NCBI GenBank assembly: GCA_041736895.1
Contig: JBGSSS010000062.1
Location: 8,558 to 72,557 of the forward strand
Reading direction: 5' to 3'
DNA: 64,000 nucleotides
From: Pirellulales bacterium
GTDB taxonomy: Bacteria; Planctomycetota; Planctomycetia; Pirellulales; JALHPA01
The notes under the pieces were generated by a model. The model ran no database searches. It saw nothing but the letters and a program-made list of their open reading frames with translations, and was not told the origin of the DNA. Positions 38,815 through 47,685 of the stretch are shown piece by piece. Within the stretch, counting starts at the first letter, position 1. Every line of letters starts with the position of its first letter. The translations under genes and the position numbers were made by a program.

Positions 38815-39012
38815 CGATCCAACTCTCAAAAATCGTTGCTTGCAGAAGTCACGAAGCGAATCAACGTGAAAGGAGCAAATTCCAAGCCAAGTTCGCTAGC
38901 AACTTCGCTGACACAGAAACTGCTATCGACAGCATCACGCAAATCGTTATTCTTGCACCACGAAACCGGGAGAAATCTCCCAGCAGTTCTTGCGATCTTT
39001 TGAACTTTGCGC

Positions 39013-40065
39013 ATGGCCGTCGCATCCAGCAACACCGAGCAGCAGCACCAACCCGAAATTGATGGCGGGTGTACTCTTGCTGCGCGTTGTGCGAGTCGAC
39101 TGATTAGCTTGGTACTTTTGTTCGTTGCGTTGACCGGATGCCAAAGCGGGCCTACAACAAGCAGCGCGCCGCTGTACGGCCAATCGACGATCGCTCCACC
39201 CGGCACGGCGAACACGGCGATGGCCAATCCCGGTGCGTTTGCCATGAGTGCGCCCCCAATGCCGAACACAAGTCAGCCGAATGGCTGGGCTCCGCCGCCC
39301 GTCAATGGCGGCGCGCCGGCGAACAATTGGAACTCGCCCTCGATCTTTGGCGGCAGCGCTCCACCGCCGAACAATGCCACCGCGTGGAACCCCAGTCAAC
39401 CGCCGAATGCTTACGGAGCCTCGGGCAGCATTTTCGACCAAGCTCCCCCCACGCAGCAGCAAGGAATCTTTGATTCCTTTGCCAGCACCAACACCGCGAG
39501 CGCTCCCGGAGGGAGCTTCAATCCGAATAGCATGTCCCGCGGCTACGAAAGTCCCAACAGTTCCTTCACCAGCGGGAGCCCTTCGTATTCGGCCAAGCGC
39601 TCGGGACCGACGGATTCCGGCAACGGCAATTGGTGGGATCGTCTGACTGGCACGCAGAGCACTGTCCCAGCCGCGGGAAACCCCGGCTGGAACCAGCCGG
39701 CCCCGATGAGCGCGCCGAATCCGGCAACCGCTTGGAACGACCCGCGCAATCCAAGTTACGCGCGGCAACCGATCCCAAATCCCAACGCGATGCCGAACAA
39801 TGGGTGGAACATCACCTCGGCCCCCGCTCCGTATGCATCGAATCCGTTGAACACCGCGCCGAACTACACGAACTACGGCAGCCCTGCCCCGAGTTATCCG
39901 CCGAGCAATATCGCCCGCACGTTGCCCGCTTCGACGAATCCACTGCGGCCAAGCAACACGGTTCCCGCCGGCTGGGGAGGCAACCCTGCACCAGCGGCGA
40001 CGAGCGTTCCGGCCAGTGGTCCGGTCGCGGTTCGAAATCTCGAAGACTTGGCGCCGGCGCGCTAG
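39013..40065 (+). CDS. Pro/Asn/Ser-rich low-complexity putative lipoprotein
   Basis: LTGC lipobox after hydrophobic stretch, IAPPGT motif, disordered body. Confidence 0.7.
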   Translation: MAVASSNTEQQHQPEIDGGCTLAARCASRLISLVLLFVALTGCQSGPTTSSAPLYGQSTIAPPGTANTAMANPGAFAMSAPPMPNTSQPNGWAPPPVNGGAPANNWNSPSIFGGSAPPPNNATAWNPSQPPNAYGASGSIFDQAPPTQQQGIFDSFASTNTASAPGGSFNPNSMSRGYESPNSSFTSGSPSYSAKRSGPTDSGNGNWWDRLTGTQSTVPAAGNPGWNQPAPMSAPNPATAWNDPRNPSYARQPIPNPNAMPNNGWNITSAPAPYASNPLNTAPNYTNYGSPAPSYPPSNIARTLPASTNPLRPSNTVPAGWGGNPAPAATSVPASGPVAVRNLEDLAPAR

Positions 40066-40466
40066 AGCAATTGCAGCAGGGAACCCTGCGGTTTCCCCGC
40101 TTCTGTTCGATCTTTCGAGACACTTCTCTCGTCGTCTGCAGGCTGATTGCGCGTGGTTTCTAAGCGCTTTCCACGTCGAAAATCGGCGGATTTTCGTTCA
40201 AATTCCGTGCGCATTTTCGGCGCGCAGTTTCTTGCACGCGCAAAGTTGCGAAGCAAGTTTCGAAGTCCATTCGAGTAGATTCCACTCGAATAAATTTCGA
40301 TTCGCGCGCTTTTCAAACACCAAATTGTCAAAGATCGACTGTCACCCCGGACCGTAGGCCAGGGACTTAGGTTCTGGCCTAAGTCACCAAGCGACAAGCG
40401 CAACCTCACCAACATGCGCTGCCCCTGTGGCTAGCGGTAAACACTGCAGTGCAGATCCTGCGTCTC

Positions 40467-40612
40467 GTAGGTCAGTCTTTCCAGCCTGACGAGTGTTGAT
40501 GTTGCTTCTCGCTGATCGTTGACCCTCGCGAAGCGTTCAACACGTCTTGCGTAGGTTCCAACAATCAACAGCAAGTGACGTCAAACAGTGTCAGGCTGAA
40601 AACCTAACCTAC
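40467..40612. repeat. REP doublet, family D, embedded in a longer hairpin
   Basis: GTAGGTCAGTCTTTCCAGCCTGAC ... GTCAGGCTGAAAACCTAACCTAC. Confidence 0.7.
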
Positions 40613-41133
40613 GGAACAGGGCACGACACAAGCGAACAGGGGAACATGTCAGGGATCGGTGACTCGCGATTCGGCTAGTGAGTGAACACCCGCACGAATT
40701 CCACGAGCTGCCGAGTTTTCTGGCTTACTTCAATCCGGCCATATTGAACGTGATCAGGCCCTTGCCACTACCACTCAACGCTCACGGATCGTTTTCTCGC
40801 CAACTCGGCCCCAAGCGGCCAGTCGAGGAATGAATCATCTCGACTCGAAGCCACTGGGCGCACCATCGCATTTCTAGATCCCACTACACCACACCAGTTG
40901 GCACAAAATCAAACCCCTTTTTCAGAAATTTTCAGGTCATTCAAACGCTGCCTACGGGTTCTGCGAGAAACTCTTTTTCTCCTTCTCGAAATGCTCCCTT
41001 CTCACTTGGGAATCTGTTACAAAGACACGGCACTAGGATTCGCTCGCTATTATCACGATTCATGCCGACGAATTCTGCGAGTCTTGTTCACAAGTCTGAC
41101 TTTTTCGCGTGGGTTAAAACCCACGCTACGGCG

Positions 41134-42339
41134 ATGCGCTACTTCTACTTGCTATTCGTGCTTGTCTGTGCCACTTCCTCGGCTGCCGAACTCAAATTCG
41201 AGCCGCAGGAAATCGAGACCAAGCTGACCGTCGGGTACGCCGTGTCGCTCTGTGATGTGAACGGCGATGGCAAGACGGATATTGTCGTGGTCGACGCGGA
41301 TCGCGTGCTGTGGTACGAGAATCCGACATGGAAAGCGCGCACGATCATCGCGAATCAGACACTGCGCGACAACGTTTGCATCGTCCCGCTCGACATCGAC
41401 GGCGACAAGCAAATCGACTTTGCTCTTGGCGCTGATTGGCGGCCATTCGATACGAACAAGGGTGGCACACTGCAGTGGCTGCAACGCGGCAAGTCGCTCG
41501 ACGAAAACTGGAAGGTCCATCCGATCACGACCGAACCGACAATCCACCGGATGCGCGCGGCAGACTTCGATGGCGATGGCAAGGTCGAACTCCTCGCGTC
41601 GCCGCTCATGGGCCGCGGCACGACCAAACCGAACTTCGCGGAAGCCGGCTCGCGCACCATGCAATTTCCGCTGCCCGCTGATCCGGTCAAAGGGCCTTGG
41701 ACGCCGCGCGTGATCAACGACGATCTGCACGTGACGCATAATCTTTGGCCGTGCGACATTGACGGCGATGGCAAGCTCGAACTCTTGATCGTCTCGTTTG
41801 AAGGCGTGTTTCGGCTCGACCCGACCGAGAACGGTTCGTGGAAAAAGAAGAAGCTCGGCGAAGGGAACCAGGCGACCAGCCCCAACCGCGGTGCAAGCGA
41901 AATTAAACTCGGCCGGCTCGCCAACAAAATGCCGTACATCGCCACGATCGAACCGTGGCACGGGTTTCAGGTCGTCGTCTACACGCCGCCCAAGGACCCC
42001 AACGATCTTTGGACGCGCGTCGTTGTCGATGACGAACTTCTTTGGGGTCACGCAGTGTGGTACGCGAACATGGACAACGATCCGGACGAGGAACTGATCA
42101 TCGGCGTGCGCGACCACAAAGACGCGACCCACCGGAGCGGGATTCGCGTTTACGATCCGACACTCGACTCAACAGCGCCGGGCGGCGTGCGATGGCAGCG
42201 GCAAATCGTCGATCCGGCGGGCGTCGCGGTCGAAGACGCGGCCGCGGCGGACCTCGACGGCGACGGCAAAACAGACATCGTGGCCTGCGGCCGCGCGACT
42301 AAAAATGTCAAGATTTATTGGAACCGCGGGGCGAAGTGA
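41134..42339 (+). CDS. FG-GAP/VCBS repeat beta-propeller protein
   Basis: Signal peptide; DVNGDGKTD, DIDGDKQID, DFDGDGKVE, DLDGDGKTD repeats; IEPWHG. Confidence 0.9.
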   Translation: MRYFYLLFVLVCATSSAAELKFEPQEIETKLTVGYAVSLCDVNGDGKTDIVVVDADRVLWYENPTWKARTIIANQTLRDNVCIVPLDIDGDKQIDFALGADWRPFDTNKGGTLQWLQRGKSLDENWKVHPITTEPTIHRMRAADFDGDGKVELLASPLMGRGTTKPNFAEAGSRTMQFPLPADPVKGPWTPRVINDDLHVTHNLWPCDIDGDGKLELLIVSFEGVFRLDPTENGSWKKKKLGEGNQATSPNRGASEIKLGRLANKMPYIATIEPWHGFQVVVYTPPKDPNDLWTRVVVDDELLWGHAVWYANMDNDPDEELIIGVRDHKDATHRSGIRVYDPTLDSTAPGGVRWQRQIVDPAGVAVEDAAAADLDGDGKTDIVACGRATKNVKIYWNRGAK

Positions 42340-42353
42340 AAATGCAAATGCGG

Positions 42354-42579
42354 TTGAACAGAAGGCCGCAAAGAACGCAAAGAATACAAATACGAGTTTC
42401 GACAGAAGGTTACGAAGGAAACGAAGAGGGGATTTTGTGACAAGAACCATTACTCGCAAACCGCGTTTTTTTGAAAAGATGTTTATTGAAATGCATTTGC
42501 CTTTCCTTCGTTACCTTCGCTTCCTTCTGTAGAATACTCCTCGCATTTTTCTCTGCGATCTTTGCGGCCTTCTGTTCAA
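42354..42579. repeat. Nested inverted-repeat intergenic element (ACAGAAGG-type, MITE/REP-like)
   Basis: Perfect 21-bp outer IR TTGAACAGAAGGCCGCAAAGA / TCTTTGCGGCCTTCTGTTCAA and inner ACAGAAGG..ACGAAG / CTTCGT..CCTTCTGT. Confidence 0.8.
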
Positions 42580-42759
42580 TATTCTGCTGCATCGAAATAA
42601 CGAAAAAAGCACGAGCGGCGAACAGTTGCCTGAACGCCATTCGTGCTTTGCGTGTTTTCGGATATGGTTCTTGTGCCGACTCGCTCGAAGCATGGCTTCG
42701 TGCTACGTCGGCGTACTCGCCGCAATCAACTCTGCCGCGTTCGTAGCAATGGCTACGAA

Positions 42760-43362
42760 CTACCCAACGTTGCGGACAACGCCGACCAGGACACCGAGAA
42801 TCTTGGCTTCCTTGACGTAGATTGGCTTCATCGTGCTGTTGGCCGGTTGCAGACGGATGCGGCCTTTTTCCGGATACCAGTACTTGAGCGTTGTTTCGCC
42901 TTCATCGGTTTGGGCAACGACGATCTGGCCGGGGCTGGCTTCGCGGGCTTTACGCACGACGACGTAATCGCCGTCGGCAATTTGCGCTTCGATCATCGAG
43001 TCGCCGCTGACGCTCAGCACGAACAAATTTTTCTTGCTGAACATCGCGTCGAAGTCGACTCGTTCATCTTGTTCAATCGCTTCGTGCAAGACACCGGCCG
43101 CGATTCGGCCACGGAGAGGAAGGCCCTTCTCTTCGGCGAACCCGTCGACGATTTGGATCGCGCGGGACATACCCGGCTCGCGGGTGATGATCCCTTTCTT
43201 TTCGAGGGCCTTGAGATGGCACATGACGCCGTTCGGGCTGGCGATTTCAAAGTGATCGCCAATCTCGCGAACCGTGGGGCCATAGCCGCGCGAGCGCATC
43301 TTTTCCTTGATGAAGTTCATCACCGCTTCTTGGCGTTTTGTCAGGTCGTTTTGCTCGGACAT
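42760..43362 (-). CDS. lexA: SOS repressor LexA
   Basis: LTKRQ, GYGPTVREIG, HLKALEKKG, IAAG cleavage site, GDSM serine, TLK lysine. Confidence 0.97.
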   Translation of the reverse strand: MSEQNDLTKRQEAVMNFIKEKMRSRGYGPTVREIGDHFEIASPNGVMCHLKALEKKGIITREPGMSRAIQIVDGFAEEKGLPLRGRIAAGVLHEAIEQDERVDFDAMFSKKNLFVLSVSGDSMIEAQIADGDYVVVRKAREASPGQIVVAQTDEGETTLKYWYPEKGRIRLQPANSTMKPIYVKEAKILGVLVGVVRNVG

Positions 43363-43741
43363 CGTGTGGCATTCCTTTGACTGGAGTATGTTTTTGCTCG
43401 CCGGGGATTTGTGCCCCAGGGCCAGGAAATCGCAACCAAGCGCCGAATAACAACGGACCGGCTTGAGGTGAACCTGTACCCTTAACCATGTAATATACGC
43501 CCGTTCACGTCAAGTCCATTTGTACAGTAATCGGCAAAATATTTTCAGACCTGCACCTATCCTCTGAGAAAAACTGGGGAATTCCAAGCTTTTTTCAGTA
43601 GGAAGAAATATTGGCACACAAGTTCAAGTTGGGTTAGGATGAATGTCCCACCCGCCAAAAGTTGCCGCCAGCCGGCGGATTTGGTTCACGCCCCGCCTCG
43701 TATTGCACGCCAGCCGTTTCCCCTTTTTGGATTCTGACACG

Positions 43742-44992
43742 ATGTGCCGCATTGCCCAACTTGGCCGTCTGATGACTTTTGTTTGTGCTGCCCTGCTCTG
43801 TTGCGAGTCACTTCCCGCACAGGAGTGGACTCGTTTTCGTGGACCTGAGGGTAGCGGCATCAATGCCAAAGTGGATATCCCGGGCGAATGGAAGGAATCG
43901 GACATCGCTTGGAAAATCGAACTTCCGGGCAAAGGGCACTCTTCGCCCGTGCTCTGGGGGGACAAGCTCTTTGTCAACAGCGCGATCGCAGAAACGGGCG
44001 AACGCGTGATCTGCGGCATCGATTCGGCCAAGGGGAAGATCCTGTGGACGAAAAAATTTCCCGCCAGTGCCAGCTTCCGGATTCATGCGCAAAACAGTTT
44101 CTCGTCCGGTTCGCCGGCGTGTGACAAGGACGCCGTCTACTTTGCTTGGGCCTCGCCCGAGAAAGGCGAACTCATCGCCGTCGATCACGCGGGCAAGGTA
44201 CTGTGGGAAGCGCCGCTCCCCGGGTACGTTAGCCGGCATGGGTTCGGCAGCTCGCCGATTGTGCATGGCGACTTGGTTTATCTGACCTACGATCAAGATG
44301 GCCCGAGCACTGTCTTTGCGATGGATCGCAAGACAGGCGAGAAAAAATGGAGCGTCGAACGCAAGGTTCTCAACGAACAAAATGCGAGCTACGCCACACC
44401 GATGATTTTGCCCGCGATGGGCAAGCAAAGCGAATGCCTGATCATCAACAGTTGGGCTCATGGCATCAGTTGCTTGAACCCGACGAACGGAGCGACGATC
44501 TGGGAGAAGACGGTCTTCCATCGCAGGCCGGTGGGTTCGCCAATCTTGCACAACGGCATGATCATCGGCAATTGCGGCGAAGGGGGCGGCGACAACGCCG
44601 TCATCGGACTCAAGGTCAACAACCACGAACCGGAAATCGCATTCAAGATCGACAAGACGATGGCCCCGTATGTGCCGACGATTATTGCCGAGGGCTACTA
44701 CGCGTATCTGTGGAGCGACAAGGGGATCGTCAATTGTATTCACCTGCCCGACGGCAAGAAGGTCTGGCAACAGCGCATCGGCGGCAATTTTTCTAGTTCG
44801 CCCGTCATCGCCAAGGACAAGTTGATCAATATCTCGGCCGAGGGCGAGGTCATTGTTCTCGCCACGGGCGACAAATTCCAGCAACTCGGCAAAAACAAAC
44901 TCGGCGAAACGACCCGCTCGACCCCGGCTCTGGCGAATGGAAAAATGTTCATCAGGACCGAAGGGCATCTACATGCGGTGAAGGGAAAGTAA
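43742..44992 (+). CDS. PQQ-binding-like (BamB-type) beta-propeller protein
   Basis: WTRFRGPEGSG, GHSSPV, GSSP, SYATP, FSSSPV, STPALANGKMFIRT. Confidence 0.9.
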   Translation: MCRIAQLGRLMTFVCAALLCCESLPAQEWTRFRGPEGSGINAKVDIPGEWKESDIAWKIELPGKGHSSPVLWGDKLFVNSAIAETGERVICGIDSAKGKILWTKKFPASASFRIHAQNSFSSGSPACDKDAVYFAWASPEKGELIAVDHAGKVLWEAPLPGYVSRHGFGSSPIVHGDLVYLTYDQDGPSTVFAMDRKTGEKKWSVERKVLNEQNASYATPMILPAMGKQSECLIINSWAHGISCLNPTNGATIWEKTVFHRRPVGSPILHNGMIIGNCGEGGGDNAVIGLKVNNHEPEIAFKIDKTMAPYVPTIIAEGYYAYLWSDKGIVNCIHLPDGKKVWQQRIGGNFSSSPVIAKDKLINISAEGEVIVLATGDKFQQLGKNKLGETTRSTPALANGKMFIRTEGHLHAVKGK

Positions 44993-45049
44993 GGACCAGC
45001 GTTACGTTGCACGATCCCCTGGACATCGAACATCACGTTTTTTGACATT

Positions 45050-46504
45050 ATGAAAAACTGCTTGGGACTTCTGGGAACGTTGTTCGCTTTGTTGGGCAGG
45101 CTCAATGCCGCTGAGCACTTGGCCGCAAAGCCGAATATCATCTTCATCCTGGCGGATGATCTCGGCTGCATGGATGTCGGTTGCTTCAATCCAAAGACGT
45201 TTTACGAAACGCCGAACATCGATGCGCTGGCCAAACGCGGGATGCGTTTCACTCAAGCTTACGCCGCATGCTGCGTCTGCTCGCCGACACGCGGCAGCAT
45301 TATGACCGGGAAATATCCGCCGCGCTTCGGGATTACGGATTTCATTCCGGGCGCGGCCTCGGGCAAGCTCAAGTCCGCCCCCAATGCGAATCATCTGCCG
45401 CTCGACGAAGTCACGCTCGCCGAAGCTCTCGGCGCGCATGGCTATGAGACGTTTTTCTCCGGCAAGTGGCATCTCGGCGGCGGCGAGTTCTATCCAGGGG
45501 CACAGGGTTTCCCTAAAGACCTCGGCAACGGCGGAGGCACCAAGGGCAACGTCCAGTTCTGGTATCCCAAGTCCGGTTTGCCTCTGCCCGATCCCAAAGA
45601 CGACCCGAAGACCACGGAACGGATCGTGAACGACGCGGTGAAATTCATTGGCGAGCCGCGAGACCGGCCGTTCTTTGCCTACTTGCCGTTTCTGGCCGTG
45701 CATACTCCGCTCGGGGCCCGCGCGGAACTTGTCGAAAAGTACAAACAGAAAGCAACCAGCGCGCCGCCAGACGCGTGGGGCCAGGAACGCGATCGCCGTG
45801 TGCGGCTCGCCCAAAACAACGCAGTCTACGCCGCGATGCTCGAGCAGCTTGATACGGGTATCGGCCGCATCTGCAGCGCGCTCGAGAAAAACGGCCTCAC
45901 CGAAAAGACGATCATCGTTTTTATGTCCGACAACGGCGGACTCTCTACCGTCAATAATCCTCCGACTTCGAATTCGCCGCTCCGCGCCGGCAAAGGTTGG
46001 CCCTACGAAGGCGGAGTGCGCGAGCCGCTGATCATTTGCGCGCCCGGCGTTGCCAAGCCCGGGAGTGTCTGCGACGTGCCGGTGATCAGCACCGATTTTT
46101 ATCCGACGCTGCTCCAACTCGCCGGCTTGGAATTACAACCGCGGCAGCATCTCGATGGCGTGAGCTTCGTTCCGTTGCTGCGGGGCGAAAATGTCCCACG
46201 CGGTAAACCACTCTTTTGGCACTACCCGCATTACCACGGTTCGGGCAGCATGCCGAACGGCGCGATGCGCGACGGCGATTGGAAGCTGATCGAGTGGTTC
46301 GAGGATGGCGCGCTGGAACTCTATAACATCCGACAAGATCTCGGCGAAACGAAGAACCTGGCCGAGCAAGAACCCGCGAAAGTGAAAGAATTGCACGCGC
46401 AACTTCTCGCGTGGCGGAAAGATGTCGGAGCATTAATGCCCACGCCGAATCCCGAACCCGCACGAAAAAAGGGGAAGCAGGCAGCGGCCCAAAAACAGCC
46501 CTGA
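45050..46504 (+). CDS. Secreted formylglycine-dependent sulfatase
   Basis: PNIIFILADDLG, CSPTRGSIMTG (CxPxR), GKWHLG, SDNGG, YEGGVREP. Confidence 0.95.
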   Translation: MKNCLGLLGTLFALLGRLNAAEHLAAKPNIIFILADDLGCMDVGCFNPKTFYETPNIDALAKRGMRFTQAYAACCVCSPTRGSIMTGKYPPRFGITDFIPGAASGKLKSAPNANHLPLDEVTLAEALGAHGYETFFSGKWHLGGGEFYPGAQGFPKDLGNGGGTKGNVQFWYPKSGLPLPDPKDDPKTTERIVNDAVKFIGEPRDRPFFAYLPFLAVHTPLGARAELVEKYKQKATSAPPDAWGQERDRRVRLAQNNAVYAAMLEQLDTGIGRICSALEKNGLTEKTIIVFMSDNGGLSTVNNPPTSNSPLRAGKGWPYEGGVREPLIICAPGVAKPGSVCDVPVISTDFYPTLLQLAGLELQPRQHLDGVSFVPLLRGENVPRGKPLFWHYPHYHGSGSMPNGAMRDGDWKLIEWFEDGALELYNIRQDLGETKNLAEQEPAKVKELHAQLLAWRKDVGALMPTPNPEPARKKGKQAAAQKQP

Positions 46505-46743
46505 TTGTTGGGCATTATATCCAAGGCGTCTGAACGTTCTTGCGGAACATCGTTGCACGCAACTGCCCTAGTGGTTGTTAAGAAACAGACCAGATCATTC
46601 CTAAAACTACCTTCCCCGTTCTGCCAAGGACTTGCGATTCTGACGGCCAACAATCAAGATAGTTGTTCCCGCCAGTTGGGGTCCGTTTTCGCAGACGGCC
46701 ATCACTAAAACCATTTTCCTCTCTGTTCTTTTGGTGCCTTTGT

Positions 46744-47658
46744 ATGCTGCGCCGTTTCACTGTTTTGTGTCTGCTGGCTGTCGCATGTCTCGCTCGTTTG
46801 ACGCTGGCCGAAGAGAAACCGGCCGCAGCCAAAGCTGCCGATGAAAAAGCTGCCGTCAAACCGCTCAAGGTGCTGCTCATCACGGGCGGCTGCTGCCATG
46901 ATTACGCGAAGCAAAAGGATATCCTCAAGGAAGGCCTCGAAGCCCGCGCCAATATCGAGGTGACTGTCCAGTACAATCCTACCAAGGGGACCGACACCAA
47001 GTTCGAAGTCTACGACAAGGACAACTGGGCCGACGGCTACGACTGCATCATTCACAACGAGTGCAATGCGAATGTGAAGGACGAGGACTTCACGAAGCGC
47101 ATTCTGAAACCGCACCGCGAAGGCTTGCCGGCCGTGGTCATCCACTGCGCCATGCATTGCTACCGCGATGGAACCGATGAATGGTTCAAGTTCACCGGCG
47201 TCACCACCCGCGGCCATGGCCCGAAATATCCGTTCAAAATCGTGAACATGAACCGCGACAACCCGATCATGAGCGGCTTCGGTGCCGAATGGACCACGCC
47301 CAAGGGCGAGCTCTATCACATCGACAAAGTCTGGGATACGGCCAAGGTTCTCGCACACGGCGAACGGATCGATCCCAAGAAAGCAGACGCCGGCGTAATT
47401 AAGACCGACGCCTGTATTTGGACCAACCAATACGAAAAAGGCCGCGTCTTTGGCACGACCGTTGGACATTACAACGAAGAGATGAGTGACCCGAAATTTC
47501 TGAACTATGTCGCCCGCGGTGTGCTTTGGTCCTGCGACAAGTTGAACGACCAGTACCTGAAGCCAGAACCGAAGGTGGAAAAGAAAGCCGCCGCGCTGGA
47601 AGTTCCTGGCCCGCAGCCAACGTTGGCCCCCGTCGAAGTTTCTGTAAAAAAAAAGTAA
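46744..47658 (+). CDS. Secreted ThuA-like (trehalose utilisation) domain protein; ends at a putative -1 frameshift site
   Basis: Signal peptide; LLITGGCCHDY, HCAMHCYR, GRVFGTTVGH, RGVLWSC. Confidence 0.85.
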   Translation: MLRRFTVLCLLAVACLARLTLAEEKPAAAKAADEKAAVKPLKVLLITGGCCHDYAKQKDILKEGLEARANIEVTVQYNPTKGTDTKFEVYDKDNWADGYDCIIHNECNANVKDEDFTKRILKPHREGLPAVVIHCAMHCYRDGTDEWFKFTGVTTRGHGPKYPFKIVNMNRDNPIMSGFGAEWTTPKGELYHIDKVWDTAKVLAHGERIDPKKADAGVIKTDACIWTNQYEKGRVFGTTVGHYNEEMSDPKFLNYVARGVLWSCDKLNDQYLKPEPKVEKKAAALEVPGPQPTLAPVEVSVKKK

Positions 47659-47685
47659 CTGAGCCTGCGGCTTCAAAGCCGCAGG
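47649..47685 (+). other. Putative programmed -1 ribosomal frameshift signal
   Basis: In-frame A AAA AAG followed by TAA, 8-nt spacer, hairpin CCTGCGGCT-TCAA-AGCCGCAGG; -1 frame open for >1000 codons. Confidence 0.6.

Noticed and set aside
43611-43628. TGGCAC upstream of the PQQ-like propeller gene as a sigma54 promoter
   Set aside because: The -12 element reads TTCA rather than TTGC; too weak to call.
47526-47651. TTG start at 47526 for the heme c protein
   Set aside because: It lies 130 nt inside the ThuA gene with no RBS or signal peptide and a non-protein-like translation. A frameshift or fusion explains the layout better.
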